This document shows, one piece after another, positions 48,256 to 57,997 of a stretch of DNA of 64,000 nt. Position 1 is the first letter of the stretch. Every line of letters starts with the position of its first letter. The notes under the pieces are model-generated. The model searched no databases. It was not told the DNA's origin and was given only the letters and a program-made list of their open reading frames with translations. Origin of the DNA: a virus; IMG/VR virus record IMGVR_UViG_3300050821_006049; one strand, given 5' to 3'. Position numbers and translations under genes: made by a program.

Positions 48256-48567
48256 CTATGTTTGAGGTGGGTTGCGCTGATCTTCGGCCGCCGTAGCGGC
48301 CCGCGCCTCGCCAATCTCGATACCACGCAGCTCACCTCGTGCATCAGCGGCCGCCTCGGCCTTGGAAACAAGCGAATTGGTGGCAACATGAACCTCTTCG
48401 ACCTTGGCCGCCACATGCTGAATTTCGGTTACCGCCGCCTGGGCATGCGCCGCAGCCTCGCGCGACGCCGCTACAGTCTCTCGCCGGGCAAGGATCGTAT
48501 TCCAGATGCCGTAGAGCACGCCGAGCGCGGTAATGCCCTGGAACAGGACTAGAAGCCAGCTCTGCAT
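48256..48567 (-). CDS. N-terminal TM + coiled-coil protein (103 aa)
   Basis: MQSWLLVLFQGITALGVLYGIWNTILARR… is followed by Ala-rich helices. It directly follows the 1301-aa gene. Confidence 0.5.
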   Translation of the reverse strand: MQSWLLVLFQGITALGVLYGIWNTILARRETVAASREAAAHAQAAVTEIQHVAAKVEEVHVATNSLVSKAEAAADARGELRGIEIGEARAATAAEDQRNPPQT

Positions 48568-48577
48568 CGCGGCCCCA

Positions 48578-51500
48578 TCAGAAATGATTGTCCGCGCCCC
48601 ACTGAACCTGCCCGTCGCTGTAGGTCGTGCTTAGCGGGGTTACATAAGGCGTCAGTTGGGTGATTGCCGTGTTCGCGTCGGTGCTAGTCCCGAGGACGCC
48701 GTTGAGCGCCTTGCGCCATTGCGCGGTGGCATACATCTCAGCCTCTTCCTCACCGTTCACGGCAGGATTGCGCCAGTCACCGGACGATGCCGCCGGACAA
48801 CTCGCATTAGCTATCGTCGCCACCCCAAAATCGGCGGTGATGTTCCAGGTCACGTAGGTTGTGCCGCCGGTGCAAACACCGCCCGAGATCGTTGGTTGTG
48901 TCGTGCTCAGTTGGCCAAATGCCGCGCCAGAAGCGTCCATGCAAAGCCAAAGCCATTGCCCATCGGTCACCTGTGGGGTCGAGGACGGTGGCCATCCCGA
49001 CAGCCCTTGGCTGGAGTCGCTCGGGCTCGTCTGATCGTGCCAATCAACGTCGGCGATGCTCATCCGCGTGCCGGACGCCAGCCGAGTTGTCGAGAAGATC
49101 GGATAGACCCACGGCCAACTCGCCGACACCACGATGCGGTCATTGATCGAGATTCCTGGCCCGGTCACCGGAGACGAGATCGAGATCGTCAGCCCCGAGG
49201 CAGGCGCGGTGACATAGGTCGGCCATGTAAGGGCGGTTGGATTGTCGAGATCCTTGATCACCCATCCCGTCGTTATCGGCCCGCTTTGCGGTGAGGTGAC
49301 GCTAGACAGCGGGATCGAAGTGCCTCCGGGTGACACCGGCGCGGTCGCCGTCGGCGTGAATGACCACGCTCCGGTGTTGCCGGCGGTTTCCAGCGACGCC
49401 GAGACGGTCGATGAACCATTTTCGGTGTGGATCGTATTATCGCCGGAGATTGGGCCATTCCCACGCTGGGGCGTTCCGGTGACCGTCGTCGCGTCCCATC
49501 CCGGTTGGGGCGATACATAAGGCGCGGTCTGGTGGGTGGTCGCATTTGCCCATTTGATTACATAGGCAACATTGTTGTAGGCGCAGGTATTGATAGCCGG
49601 GTTCTTGACCAAGTAGTTGTCCAGGAAATTGCGCGCAAAACCAGTGAGGTTGGCGTCGTTGCCGTTATCGAACATCACCGCCTCGTCGGTGTTCATGCCC
49701 CAATACAGTTGCATGAATAATGTATCAATTATTGACGAATTGTTCGGAACCGTAGTCCTGTAATCCTCCGGCGTCGCCTGATCGCCGTTGGCGGTATTGT
49801 CATAATACTTGGGGAACGGCCACACCGAAGCCCCCGCCGCCGCATCCCAGAAATTGCCGGTGCCTATGAAACTGTAGAAAGCGTAATTCATCGCGTAGTT
49901 GGTGGCAACGACGTGCTTGTAGTATTGGATAGAGGGCTCGTTCGGCGGCCCGAGATATGCCACCGGCACAGTCACATTTGCCCACCACGAGTTTTGCCGC
50001 GGAATGCTGCTGCTCATCCCTTGCGCATCATATCTCGTTCCGCCGAATGACAGAGATCGCGTGTTTCCATCGGTATTGGATGGCCCTAACGCCACCCCAT
50101 TCGCTTCGTCGATCCAATTCTCCAAGATGTACCGCTCAGCCTCGACCAAATAAATGCCGTGCTGGAACTCAGGCCAGTGCGATGTGTCGCCGTATCCGTC
50201 GTTATTCTCGATCTGTGTATTGGCCAGGGCCGGCTGGGCGGTAGTCGGAGACGGGACATCGCCCTGCCACATAAAATCATTGGGATAGCTAGCTGCCTTG
50301 TTGTACTGATCCATCACGAAATCCCAGGTATTGGAGTCCGTGAACGCCGCTGGCGGGGTATATCCGCTGCCTGAGTTGAAGTAATTTAACGGCAGTCCCG
50401 TGTCATCGTACCGCGGTCCATCCATCATGCCTGCCGTTGATTCGGCGGCAACTCTCATGTTTGCTAGATAGCTAACGCCGCCGTCGCTCGCACCGCCTTC
50501 GGCTGCCTGATACCAGTATGCCCAAGGCGATCCCATTGGCCCAAGGCCAATATGCCCAGAACCACCCGACCCAAATCCTGTCGTTGCGTCGGTCCCGCCA
50601 TGCTCATAGGGCGCATAGAGGTTCGTGTAATAAGGCGAGCCGAATGTCCCCGTCGTCGTCGTAAGCACGGCCGGACTGACCGTGATTGTGTTATTCAGCG
50701 GCAGAGCCGCCCGCGCGGCGTGGATGAAGGCGAGGTCGGCTGAGGCTGGGGAGACGACTACCTGCGCGAGAGCTTGGCTGTTCGGTGTGCTGTAAGTTCC
50801 TGTCGTCGTCGGCAACCACACTGGCCGGCCGGTTGCTCCGATCGCGCAGGCCTCGCATGGATCGAGCGCCGCCCACGAGCCGTTGACCTGCTGCTGGATC
50901 GCACACCATTTGTTATTTGAGCCGCCCTGCGCACAGCCGATGATCTCGGTCGAGCCGTTCTTGAAGTCGGCGTCGTAGACGACGTTCGGCCAGCCATTGT
51001 GGTTTTTATAGACTGAATTATCGGTAGTAATTACCGGCTTGATCGCATATAGACCGGTAGGTCCGGTCCACGCCTCGATGGTGAAGCGGAACCGCTCCCA
51101 GGCATCTTTGGTGCCGCTTACGTTGTCGCGGTATGCGCCGATGCCTCGATACGCCTTCACAGTCGGGCCGGAGGTGTAGACGCACAGGGCCGGGGTGGAC
51201 GTGGCCGATATCGGACCCGCTGCTAACGTACCCTGGATCGTCCATGTCGTGCCGCTGCCAGCCGTGATTATCGCAAGGTTGGTTCCGTCATCGACCATCT
51301 GTCCGATCGAGACCACGCCCGTCACGCTCGAAACCGTCATCGTCGAGCCGGAAAACGACTCCGTGAAGGCGGCTGCCCCTGGCATCGACGCACAACTCGA
51401 TGGATCGGTCGAGCCATAGGCGTTGAGGATCGTATCAATGTCGGCGGTCATCGCCCCGGAGCCGACCGCCGAAAAGCCACCGCCAGCCTTGATGATATTG

Positions 51501-52483
51501 ACGCCGGTTATGACATTGGAGCCATTCACGGTGACCGTGAAGGCCCCGTTGCTGGTTCCCCCGTGGATCGTGTAGCCAAATGCGAGAGTATCGCCGGAGG
51601 TAATATTCGCGGCGGCGTTGGCGGACATCGTTACCGTCTTTGCGCTGCTATTAAACGACAAAACCGTCGTGTTGTCCGGGATCGAGCTCGGATTCGTTAC
51701 GTCGATGATAGTGATTTGCTGGGGGTTGTTGAAAATGTACTGTGGCGGGACAGGGAGGCTGGAGAAAGTCAGGACCGCGCTACCTGACGATGTAGTCGTA
51801 CTGACAGACGCTTGGTAATTCGATGGTGTGATGCAATTCGCGCTACCCGACGTGCAGTTGAAGCCGAGCAAGCCTTGTGGAGCCGCCGCGGTCGTAGGCT
51901 GGTTCCTGACATACCCGCCAGAGATCGCGCCACCTGACACATAGAAACCGGGATAGGCCCCGTACCAGACTGATGGTCCCTGCGGACCCTGCTTCGTATA
52001 GGAACCGTTCATGTTGCTCAGCACGACCTTGAAGTCGCTCGCAGCAGCGATCGTGGCTGGAGTCACTGAGGATGATGTAGGGAAGCTGCCGGCCTGAACT
52101 GAAAAAGTAACTTGCTGACTGGCTCCCGACGCCATCTGTGGCACAAAGCCCGAGAACGGGCAGAACCTCAACGATCCGTCTGGCCAGAACGAGCACTGCT
52201 GGCTGTCGATCTGGGCGCTCGCGAGAGTAACGCCGCCGACCTTGGCAACCACGATATCACCGGATGGGACCGCGCCGGGCGGATACATCGTGCCGATATG
52301 CGTCGCGACCATCGTCGTGCCAGCGATCGTCGGCGTCGTCGCGCTGGCGATGTTCTTGACCGTCTGAGAGAAAACCACGCCAGACGACACAGAAGACGCC
52401 GCGCCGTGGCTCCCCAGCCGGAAGTGCGCCGACGCCGGAAGGCACAGCGTCAGCATGACGACGAGAAGACGCAGTATCAGCAT
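48578..52483 (-). CDS. Very large secreted protein (1301 aa): beta-rich N-terminal half, Trp/Tyr-rich central enzyme-like region
   Basis: Start at ATG 52481-52483: MLILRLLVVMLTLCLPASA|HFRLGSHGAASS. The central segment '…HWPEFQHGIYLVEAERYILENWIDEANG…SWWANVTVPVAYLG…FWDAAAGASVWPFPKYYD…' suggests a polysaccharide-active (lyase/hydrolase-like) domain, by inference only. Confidence 0.6.
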   Translation of the reverse strand: MLILRLLVVMLTLCLPASAHFRLGSHGAASSVSSGVVFSQTVKNIASATTPTIAGTTMVATHIGTMYPPGAVPSGDIVVAKVGGVTLASAQIDSQQCSFWPDGSLRFCPFSGFVPQMASGASQQVTFSVQAGSFPTSSSVTPATIAAASDFKVVLSNMNGSYTKQGPQGPSVWYGAYPGFYVSGGAISGGYVRNQPTTAAAPQGLLGFNCTSGSANCITPSNYQASVSTTTSSGSAVLTFSSLPVPPQYIFNNPQQITIIDVTNPSSIPDNTTVLSFNSSAKTVTMSANAAANITSGDTLAFGYTIHGGTSNGAFTVTVNGSNVITGVNIIKAGGGFSAVGSGAMTADIDTILNAYGSTDPSSCASMPGAAAFTESFSGSTMTVSSVTGVVSIGQMVDDGTNLAIITAGSGTTWTIQGTLAAGPISATSTPALCVYTSGPTVKAYRGIGAYRDNVSGTKDAWERFRFTIEAWTGPTGLYAIKPVITTDNSVYKNHNGWPNVVYDADFKNGSTEIIGCAQGGSNNKWCAIQQQVNGSWAALDPCEACAIGATGRPVWLPTTTGTYSTPNSQALAQVVVSPASADLAFIHAARAALPLNNTITVSPAVLTTTTGTFGSPYYTNLYAPYEHGGTDATTGFGSGGSGHIGLGPMGSPWAYWYQAAEGGASDGGVSYLANMRVAAESTAGMMDGPRYDDTGLPLNYFNSGSGYTPPAAFTDSNTWDFVMDQYNKAASYPNDFMWQGDVPSPTTAQPALANTQIENNDGYGDTSHWPEFQHGIYLVEAERYILENWIDEANGVALGPSNTDGNTRSLSFGGTRYDAQGMSSSIPRQNSWWANVTVPVAYLGPPNEPSIQYYKHVVATNYAMNYAFYSFIGTGNFWDAAAGASVWPFPKYYDNTANGDQATPEDYRTTVPNNSSIIDTLFMQLYWGMNTDEAVMFDNGNDANLTGFARNFLDNYLVKNPAINTCAYNNVAYVIKWANATTHQTAPYVSPQPGWDATTVTGTPQRGNGPISGDNTIHTENGSSTVSASLETAGNTGAWSFTPTATAPVSPGGTSIPLSSVTSPQSGPITTGWVIKDLDNPTALTWPTYVTAPASGLTISISSPVTGPGISINDRIVVSASWPWVYPIFSTTRLASGTRMSIADVDWHDQTSPSDSSQGLSGWPPSSTPQVTDGQWLWLCMDASGAAFGQLSTTQPTISGGVCTGGTTYVTWNITADFGVATIANASCPAASSGDWRNPAVNGEEEAEMYATAQWRKALNGVLGTSTDANTAITQLTPYVTPLSTTYSDGQVQWGADNHF

Positions 52484-54213
52484 GTTCCGCTGATCCCATA
52501 GGTCCATTGATCGAACAGGCACAGTGCCTGCCGCTGTGACGAGCTTGCTACTGTCGATGAGACTGCTGATGGGCCAGGGATGAAGCCCTGATCAGACCCG
52601 CCACCATACGTCATCCCAAACCCGAGAGGTATTTTCAGGCTTGCGTTCAGAAGCGTTCCTGTCGTCTCGGTTCCGTCAATCTTTAGTGTCGAACCATTCG
52701 TTGTTGAGCCGTTCAGTGTGCAGATCATGCTATGCAGGACACCGCCGGCTGCTGTCGATTCGCTGATCGTTCCGCCGCCGCCCGCACCTGGTCCGACGTA
52801 GCAGCTAGAGCCGCCCCCGTTCGTGAACGAGAGCTGAGCGATTGGATTGGATACGCCATTCGAGGAATTGAGGGCAACCACCGGGCCGCCGAACACACCA
52901 GTATTTTCCTCCGCATCTATCCATAGCGTCCCGGTCGTGCCGCTGCCATTGTACGCGGTGGGGTTCCACATGCCCCGATCAGTGCTGTTGCTGTTCGTCG
53001 GCGAGACCCGGGTGCCGTCAAATGCGTCGAAAAAGATAACTGGCTTCCGAGTAGTTATGCCCGCTCCGGTTGCCTGACCCCAGGTCGGCATGCAATTTGT
53101 CGGAGCGGTAACAATGCAGCCTGGACTGTTGCCGCTCTGATCGTAGGCAAGGTTGAGGTAACAGATTGACGTGTCACAGTCGCTCGCCAGCGTATTGTAA
53201 TCCATGTCGCCGTTAGTGAGCGCATTGATTGTGAAGAACTGGCCATCGCCCTCGCGCTGCACGAGCCAAATCGGATTTCCAGCCGTCGCATAAGCTGCGC
53301 TGATAGCATAGGGGCCAGTCCAGACAGGCCAAGTCATGCCCGTCGCACCGTTCGGGTAGGTCGCATCTCCTGGCCCAACATAAGCTCCCTGAGAGATATG
53401 GACATCAGCGACGAAAGACGATCCAGACGTTCCGATCATTCCCGTACCGACACCAGCCGCAGTCGCGGTGATATGGCAATTCGCTCCGCCTGCACCAGCG
53501 TTCGGCACGGTGTACGACGAGCTGAAAATCAGGTTGCTGCCCGAGATCGAGATGCCGGAAGCAGTACAAGCCGCATCGGCCCCGAGCGTGTAGGTCACGG
53601 CCGGTGGAGATCCAGCACCGCCGCAATGCGTCCAGCATATTGTGGTCGAAAGCGGCACCGTCTCGCCGACACCAGTCGTGTACTGAACGAAAAGCGGCCC
53701 AAAAGCGGTAAAGGTCGGGTTCCGCACCATGATCGAGAACGGCTGCGTAAACGACGCGCCGACCGGCGGAGTAGCCTTTACACAGATATAACTATGAGTC
53801 GGCGAGGCAGGATCAGCCTGTCCATAAATTTGAGCGGTACTGATGACGTTTAAGTTCGCGAGATCAACCGGGTCTGGACCGGAAGTGATAACCTGAAAGT
53901 CGTTGCTTGATGCACTGCATGAAATAGGAACGCTGCCATCCGAGGACGCGCCTGAATTGACCATAGAAAACGTGCAGCCGACGCAAGCCCCGCCGCCCGT
54001 CACCTTGGCGGTCAACGGGCCGATGACATGGCCGCTCGCTGCGCTCACTGGCAGGTTTTCGTTCCCGAGCTGAACCGAGATAACGTTGGTTGCGCCGCCT
54101 CCAGAGCCCTGACCGCCATGCGATGCCAGTCTGAAATGCGCCGCGACTGGCAGAGCATTCAGCGCGAGCGCAGCGGCCAAGATAATAGTGGCTATGAACT
54201 TAAATGCTGGCAT
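52477..54213 (-). CDS. Secreted protein (578 aa): Ig-like N-terminal region + GH54-like/concanavalin-like C-terminal domain
   Basis: MPAFKFIATIILAAALALNALPVAA|HFRLASHGGQGSGGG. The C-terminal 'IWLVQREGDGQFFTINALT…DCDTSICYLNLAYDQSGNSPG' parallels the GH54-like paralogues downstream. Confidence 0.6.
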   Translation of the reverse strand: MPAFKFIATIILAAALALNALPVAAHFRLASHGGQGSGGGATNVISVQLGNENLPVSAASGHVIGPLTAKVTGGGACVGCTFSMVNSGASSDGSVPISCSASSNDFQVITSGPDPVDLANLNVISTAQIYGQADPASPTHSYICVKATPPVGASFTQPFSIMVRNPTFTAFGPLFVQYTTGVGETVPLSTTICWTHCGGAGSPPAVTYTLGADAACTASGISISGSNLIFSSSYTVPNAGAGGANCHITATAAGVGTGMIGTSGSSFVADVHISQGAYVGPGDATYPNGATGMTWPVWTGPYAISAAYATAGNPIWLVQREGDGQFFTINALTNGDMDYNTLASDCDTSICYLNLAYDQSGNSPGCIVTAPTNCMPTWGQATGAGITTRKPVIFFDAFDGTRVSPTNSNSTDRGMWNPTAYNGSGTTGTLWIDAEENTGVFGGPVVALNSSNGVSNPIAQLSFTNGGGSSCYVGPGAGGGGTISESTAAGGVLHSMICTLNGSTTNGSTLKIDGTETTGTLLNASLKIPLGFGMTYGGGSDQGFIPGPSAVSSTVASSSQRQALCLFDQWTYGISGTC

Positions 54214-55252
54214 AAAAGTTCGTCAGGTAAGTGTAGATCGCTGTAGGCAATCCACCAACAGCCGACACGTCATTGGAAGTAACCGCCATATCGCGGAACC
54301 AGTACGGTCCGCACGAGGTCAAATCACCGGAGCATCCAAGATTCACTCGGCTTTGGGTGTTGATCGTTTGAAGAGGAGTAAAATTAGTGTCGCCCTGGAT
54401 GTTGTTGAACCAATCGTTTATTAGATTGGTGCCGCCGCTGTAGGTGATGACCCCAACGCCCGAGACAGGAGTGCTGTTCACAAAGGTTCGTCCTCCTCCT
54501 CCGCCACCCTCGTCGTCATAGTTGTAGTTTGTTGATCCCGCAGGGACTGGACTGCCAGTGAACCAGAACTGCGCTAACATCGATCCGCTGACAATGGGGA
54601 TCGGCCGCGTCGGATTGGAACCGCTTCCATTTTCACCGAAACCAAACTGGCCACAGCACAGCGATCCATAAGTGCTGTTCGTGTAAAATATCAGGCTCTT
54701 CGCGGCAGCGCCTGCGACGGCCGAGCATCCAAACCCGGTCAACCATCCCGTTGTAGCGCCGACTGTACCGTTGCTGACCGTGGTTTGGATGATGACCGGG
54801 AACCCGTCAGCGAGCCATGTTTTGAAAGGGGGGCGCTTGTTCGTCTCAAGCGCTAGCAGATTACACGTCCCCTTCTGATCGTAGAGATCGGTGAACGTAC
54901 AATCGTTGTACTGAGTGTAAGTCGCCGTCGTTGTGGTCGTGCCACCATTGGCGAGACAGAAAGTCGTCGCAGCGGACACGTTGACGACGAAATTACTCCC
55001 GGTATAGCTGGCCTCGAAGACCGCGCTATCACTCGTCCGAGTAAGTTGAAACGGATCGGTGTTCGTCGAGTTAAGACGATGCGTGACGGACCACGCGTAA
55101 ACGCAGGGTACATTCGTCTGCGAACAGAGGTCGCTATAAGCAACCGCGCCGTTACCACCGCCTCGCAGCAGCAACGCCTCCGCCGGGTCAACGGCGGAAC
55201 ATATAATCGCTGCAACCAGCGCGATAAAGAGAGCAGAGACAGTACGGGTCAT
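54200..55252 (-). CDS. Secreted GH54-like (alpha-L-arabinofuranosidase-B catalytic-domain-like) protein, paralogue A
   Basis: MTRTVSALFIALVAAIICSAVDPAEA|LLLRGGGNG. 'PCVYAWSVTHRL…PFQLTRTSD', 'FCLANGG…CTFTDLYDQKGTCNLL', 'LCCGQFGFGENGSG' and 'LGCSGDLTSCGPYWFRDMAV' are colinear with fungal AbfB blocks as I recall them. 11 Cys. Confidence 0.55.
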   Translation of the reverse strand: MTRTVSALFIALVAAIICSAVDPAEALLLRGGGNGAVAYSDLCSQTNVPCVYAWSVTHRLNSTNTDPFQLTRTSDSAVFEASYTGSNFVVNVSAATTFCLANGGTTTTTATYTQYNDCTFTDLYDQKGTCNLLALETNKRPPFKTWLADGFPVIIQTTVSNGTVGATTGWLTGFGCSAVAGAAAKSLIFYTNSTYGSLCCGQFGFGENGSGSNPTRPIPIVSGSMLAQFWFTGSPVPAGSTNYNYDDEGGGGGGRTFVNSTPVSGVGVITYSGGTNLINDWFNNIQGDTNFTPLQTINTQSRVNLGCSGDLTSCGPYWFRDMAVTSNDVSAVGGLPTAIYTYLTNFYASI

Positions 55253-56313
55253 CGCAATGCGTTGTAAATTTGTGACGGCAAACCAGCGGTCAACGACGCA
55301 TCGATGTTAAGTATTGCCATCCCCCTAAAATAGTTGTTGTTACACAGCGTATAATCACCAGAGCAGCCAATAACTATCCCGTCCTGAGTGTTGACCGTAG
55401 TAAATGGGGCACAGTTAGCTGGCCCCGTCTGTGAATTATTGTACCAAATGTTTGAGCCGCCAGCAGTAGAGCTATAGGTGATAACTCCAGTAACGTCTAT
55501 TGTCGGAGATGTAGAAAATGGAGAGCCGGCAACACACAACGCGCCGCCCTCAATATCCGTATCATAATCAGAAAAGCCTCCACTTACAAAGAACTCGGTA
55601 TTCATCGCCGAGCCAGAAGGAACGTTGCCGGGCGCTGGGTTGGTCTCAATTCTCCCATATTCACCGCTGGCATGAGTGACATCTCCATAGAAGGCGTTGC
55701 TTCCTCTACCTATTAAGGTTCTGGCGGCGCCACCATCGGCCAACGTACAGCCGTTGCTGAAGAGGTATTTAGCCGCCGGACTGGTATATGGGACCGCAGG
55801 CGATCCAGCTATGCCAGTCCCCGGTGTGATAATAGCCAGCGTTCCATCACTCGTGCGAACCTGAACGAGCGGCGCGTGAGCCGTCGCGCTGGTCAGATTA
55901 TAAGGCGCGCCAGCTATCAGATCGCAGCCCATTCCTGTTTGATTATAAATGGTTGTGTAAGTGCAATCATTATACTGAGTACTATAGGTTTGGGCTGTCG
56001 TAGTGCCCCCGTTCCCAACGCAAAATGCTGTTACCGCGCTAACATTAACCGAGAAAGTGCCTCCAATATAGCTGCCGTTAAGCGTCGCGCTGTCACTAAT
56101 GCGAGTAAGTTTGAATGGCACGGCATTCGAGCTTACTCGACGCTGGTTCAGGTCATAGGCGTAGATACATGATCCGGCGATAAAGGACTGTGAGCAAAAA
56201 TCAGTGTATCCAGCCGCCCCGCCCTTCAGTAACAGCCCTAACGCCGGAGCGACAGAGAAAGACAGCGCCACAGCGACAAGGAGTGATCCTATCCCAAGAA
56301 TGGAACGCATCAC
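55249..56313 (-). CDS. Secreted GH54-like protein, paralogue B
   Basis: MMRSILGIGSLLVAVALSFSVAPALG|LLLKGGAAG. 'SCIYAYDLNQRR…PFKLTRISD', 'FCVGNGG…CTYTTIYNQTGMGCDL', 'IGCSGDYTLCNNNYFRGMAI'. Clear paralogue of 54200-55252. Confidence 0.55.
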   Translation of the reverse strand: MMRSILGIGSLLVAVALSFSVAPALGLLLKGGAAGYTDFCSQSFIAGSCIYAYDLNQRRVSSNAVPFKLTRISDSATLNGSYIGGTFSVNVSAVTAFCVGNGGTTTAQTYSTQYNDCTYTTIYNQTGMGCDLIAGAPYNLTSATAHAPLVQVRTSDGTLAIITPGTGIAGSPAVPYTSPAAKYLFSNGCTLADGGAARTLIGRGSNAFYGDVTHASGEYGRIETNPAPGNVPSGSAMNTEFFVSGGFSDYDTDIEGGALCVAGSPFSTSPTIDVTGVITYSSTAGGSNIWYNNSQTGPANCAPFTTVNTQDGIVIGCSGDYTLCNNNYFRGMAILNIDASLTAGLPSQIYNALR

Positions 56314-56314
56314 T

Positions 56315-57997
56315 TCACTGTACCGAAAACTTCATGACCCGACCCGCCTCGGTCGTCCAGGTAGAGCCTCCATTCGAGCTAAAGCTTTCGACGCCACCCG
56401 AATAAGCGCCGGTGTCGTTATAGGCGAATGTGTATCCTCCTGCCGTATTTGTGGGGCTGCTGAACGCCACCGCATACTCAGTCCCCGCTATTAGCGACAG
56501 AGAACTGAACGTGAAGGTGACACGCTGTGGTGCCCACGAGAATGCGGCCGACGCAAGCGTTTGCGTGGCGAGAGCGCTTCCAGTGGGATGGTGCGACCCG
56601 TCAACTGCGAATAGTGTGGCAGTGAGCCCCGCCGTCGGCCCCGTGCAGCCGGTGTTGACTTTGCATAGCCGGTTGGCTTGGCCCGTCGTCAACACGAAAT
56701 TGATTGATGATAGGTTCGTAGGGGCAGTAAAACTCTGAGCCCTTTGATAAGGCGGCGACAAATCTCCTTCCCCAAGGTCCGCGCTTTGGGTCGAGCCTTG
56801 TTCCCAATATGCTACTCCAGACAGACCCTCCGAGCCTGTCTGCGCCCCCGCCCAATATGGGGTCGGCACGGGGCCGGCGGGCAGCGTGATGCTATTCGAT
56901 GGGGCGCATGTGATCGCGTTGAGAGCGCTGCCGGTGAATGCGAAGACGGCCCAATAGATATTGTTAAGTGCCTGATTCCCGAGGCCCGGTGTGGTGCCAC
57001 TGAGAGCTTGCGCCCATCTATCCGGCAGGTATAGCACCTGGGTTCCTGGGATGGCAGTGGGTGTCCCCCCGCCGTTTTGGCCGGAGCAAGAATTTGAGTT
57101 TAGTGCAGTGATCCCGGACCATGCAGACAGCGGAGAGGTCGAGCTGATGTAGTCGGTCGCCGCGATGAAGTATTCCGCAAGAGGTCCGTATGTGATGTAG
57201 TATGTGCTGCCAACCACGAACAACCCGACACCTTCGCCGGTCACACCAGTATCAAAGTCGCTCCCCGTCGCGTCGGTGAATGACGAGTTCAGCTCCTGCG
57301 CAAAGATATGCCGGCCGCTATTGTTGTTTGAGTAGGCAATCCACGCATTCCCTGATCCATCTATCGCCAGAGAATAATCCCCGTTCGCGTTCGCCGATCC
57401 GCCGTGACCGAGATGCGCTGGCGCAGTTGCGGCCGCGCAGCCATTGCTGGTCATCTGGGCTACGCTAGCACAGGTCCATACCATATAGCTTTGGTTCGTG
57501 CCCTGAGCGCCATTAATCCAGATGACATAGTTATTATTCGCGGCGTTGAATAATATGACGGTGTTGTAGCATCCCGGAAACACAATCGGCGAGGTAGCTG
57601 TCGGACTGCAATTAGCAGCCACCGGAGACCCGGTCGGGTCGAAGGGCTGGCCGAGGAACTGGAATTGTGGATTGCCGTTAGCGTCTGCCCACACTTGGTA
57701 GATGTTAACGCCGCAATACACCCCGTTATTCTGTATGCTCTGGCCGCATCCGTTGGCGTCGCCATACAGATAAGCAGTAGTGCCGACTTGCAAGATGCGG
57801 GCGTCGCTTACATCGATAGAGTTCCCATTTATGTCGAATTGGTGGATCTGGGTACTGGTGAGAGATGACACGTAATTGTGTATCGTGGCGGCGTGATATG
57901 TAGATCCACCTCCAGACGCGCGCGTCAGCAACAACGCCGACGCCGGAGCGACGGCGAGGCACAGCAGCGCAGCTAGGAGCCATCGGCACAGCATCAT
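56315..57997 (-). CDS. Secreted GH43-like beta-propeller candidate + C-terminal beta-sandwich (560 aa)
   Basis: MMLCRWLLAALLCLAVAPASA|LLLTRASGGG. Blade-like repeats 'ARILQVGTTAYLYGD', 'NIYQVWADANGNPQFQFLG', 'NTVILFNAANNNYVIWING', 'DYSLAIDGSGNAWIAYSN', 'GEGVGLFVVGSTYYITYG' and 'LYLPDRW' resemble GH43/five-bladed-propeller patterns (inference). Confidence 0.5.
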   Translation of the reverse strand: MMLCRWLLAALLCLAVAPASALLLTRASGGGSTYHAATIHNYVSSLTSTQIHQFDINGNSIDVSDARILQVGTTAYLYGDANGCGQSIQNNGVYCGVNIYQVWADANGNPQFQFLGQPFDPTGSPVAANCSPTATSPIVFPGCYNTVILFNAANNNYVIWINGAQGTNQSYMVWTCASVAQMTSNGCAAATAPAHLGHGGSANANGDYSLAIDGSGNAWIAYSNNNSGRHIFAQELNSSFTDATGSDFDTGVTGEGVGLFVVGSTYYITYGPLAEYFIAATDYISSTSPLSAWSGITALNSNSCSGQNGGGTPTAIPGTQVLYLPDRWAQALSGTTPGLGNQALNNIYWAVFAFTGSALNAITCAPSNSITLPAGPVPTPYWAGAQTGSEGLSGVAYWEQGSTQSADLGEGDLSPPYQRAQSFTAPTNLSSINFVLTTGQANRLCKVNTGCTGPTAGLTATLFAVDGSHHPTGSALATQTLASAAFSWAPQRVTFTFSSLSLIAGTEYAVAFSSPTNTAGGYTFAYNDTGAYSGGVESFSSNGGSTWTTEAGRVMKFSVQ

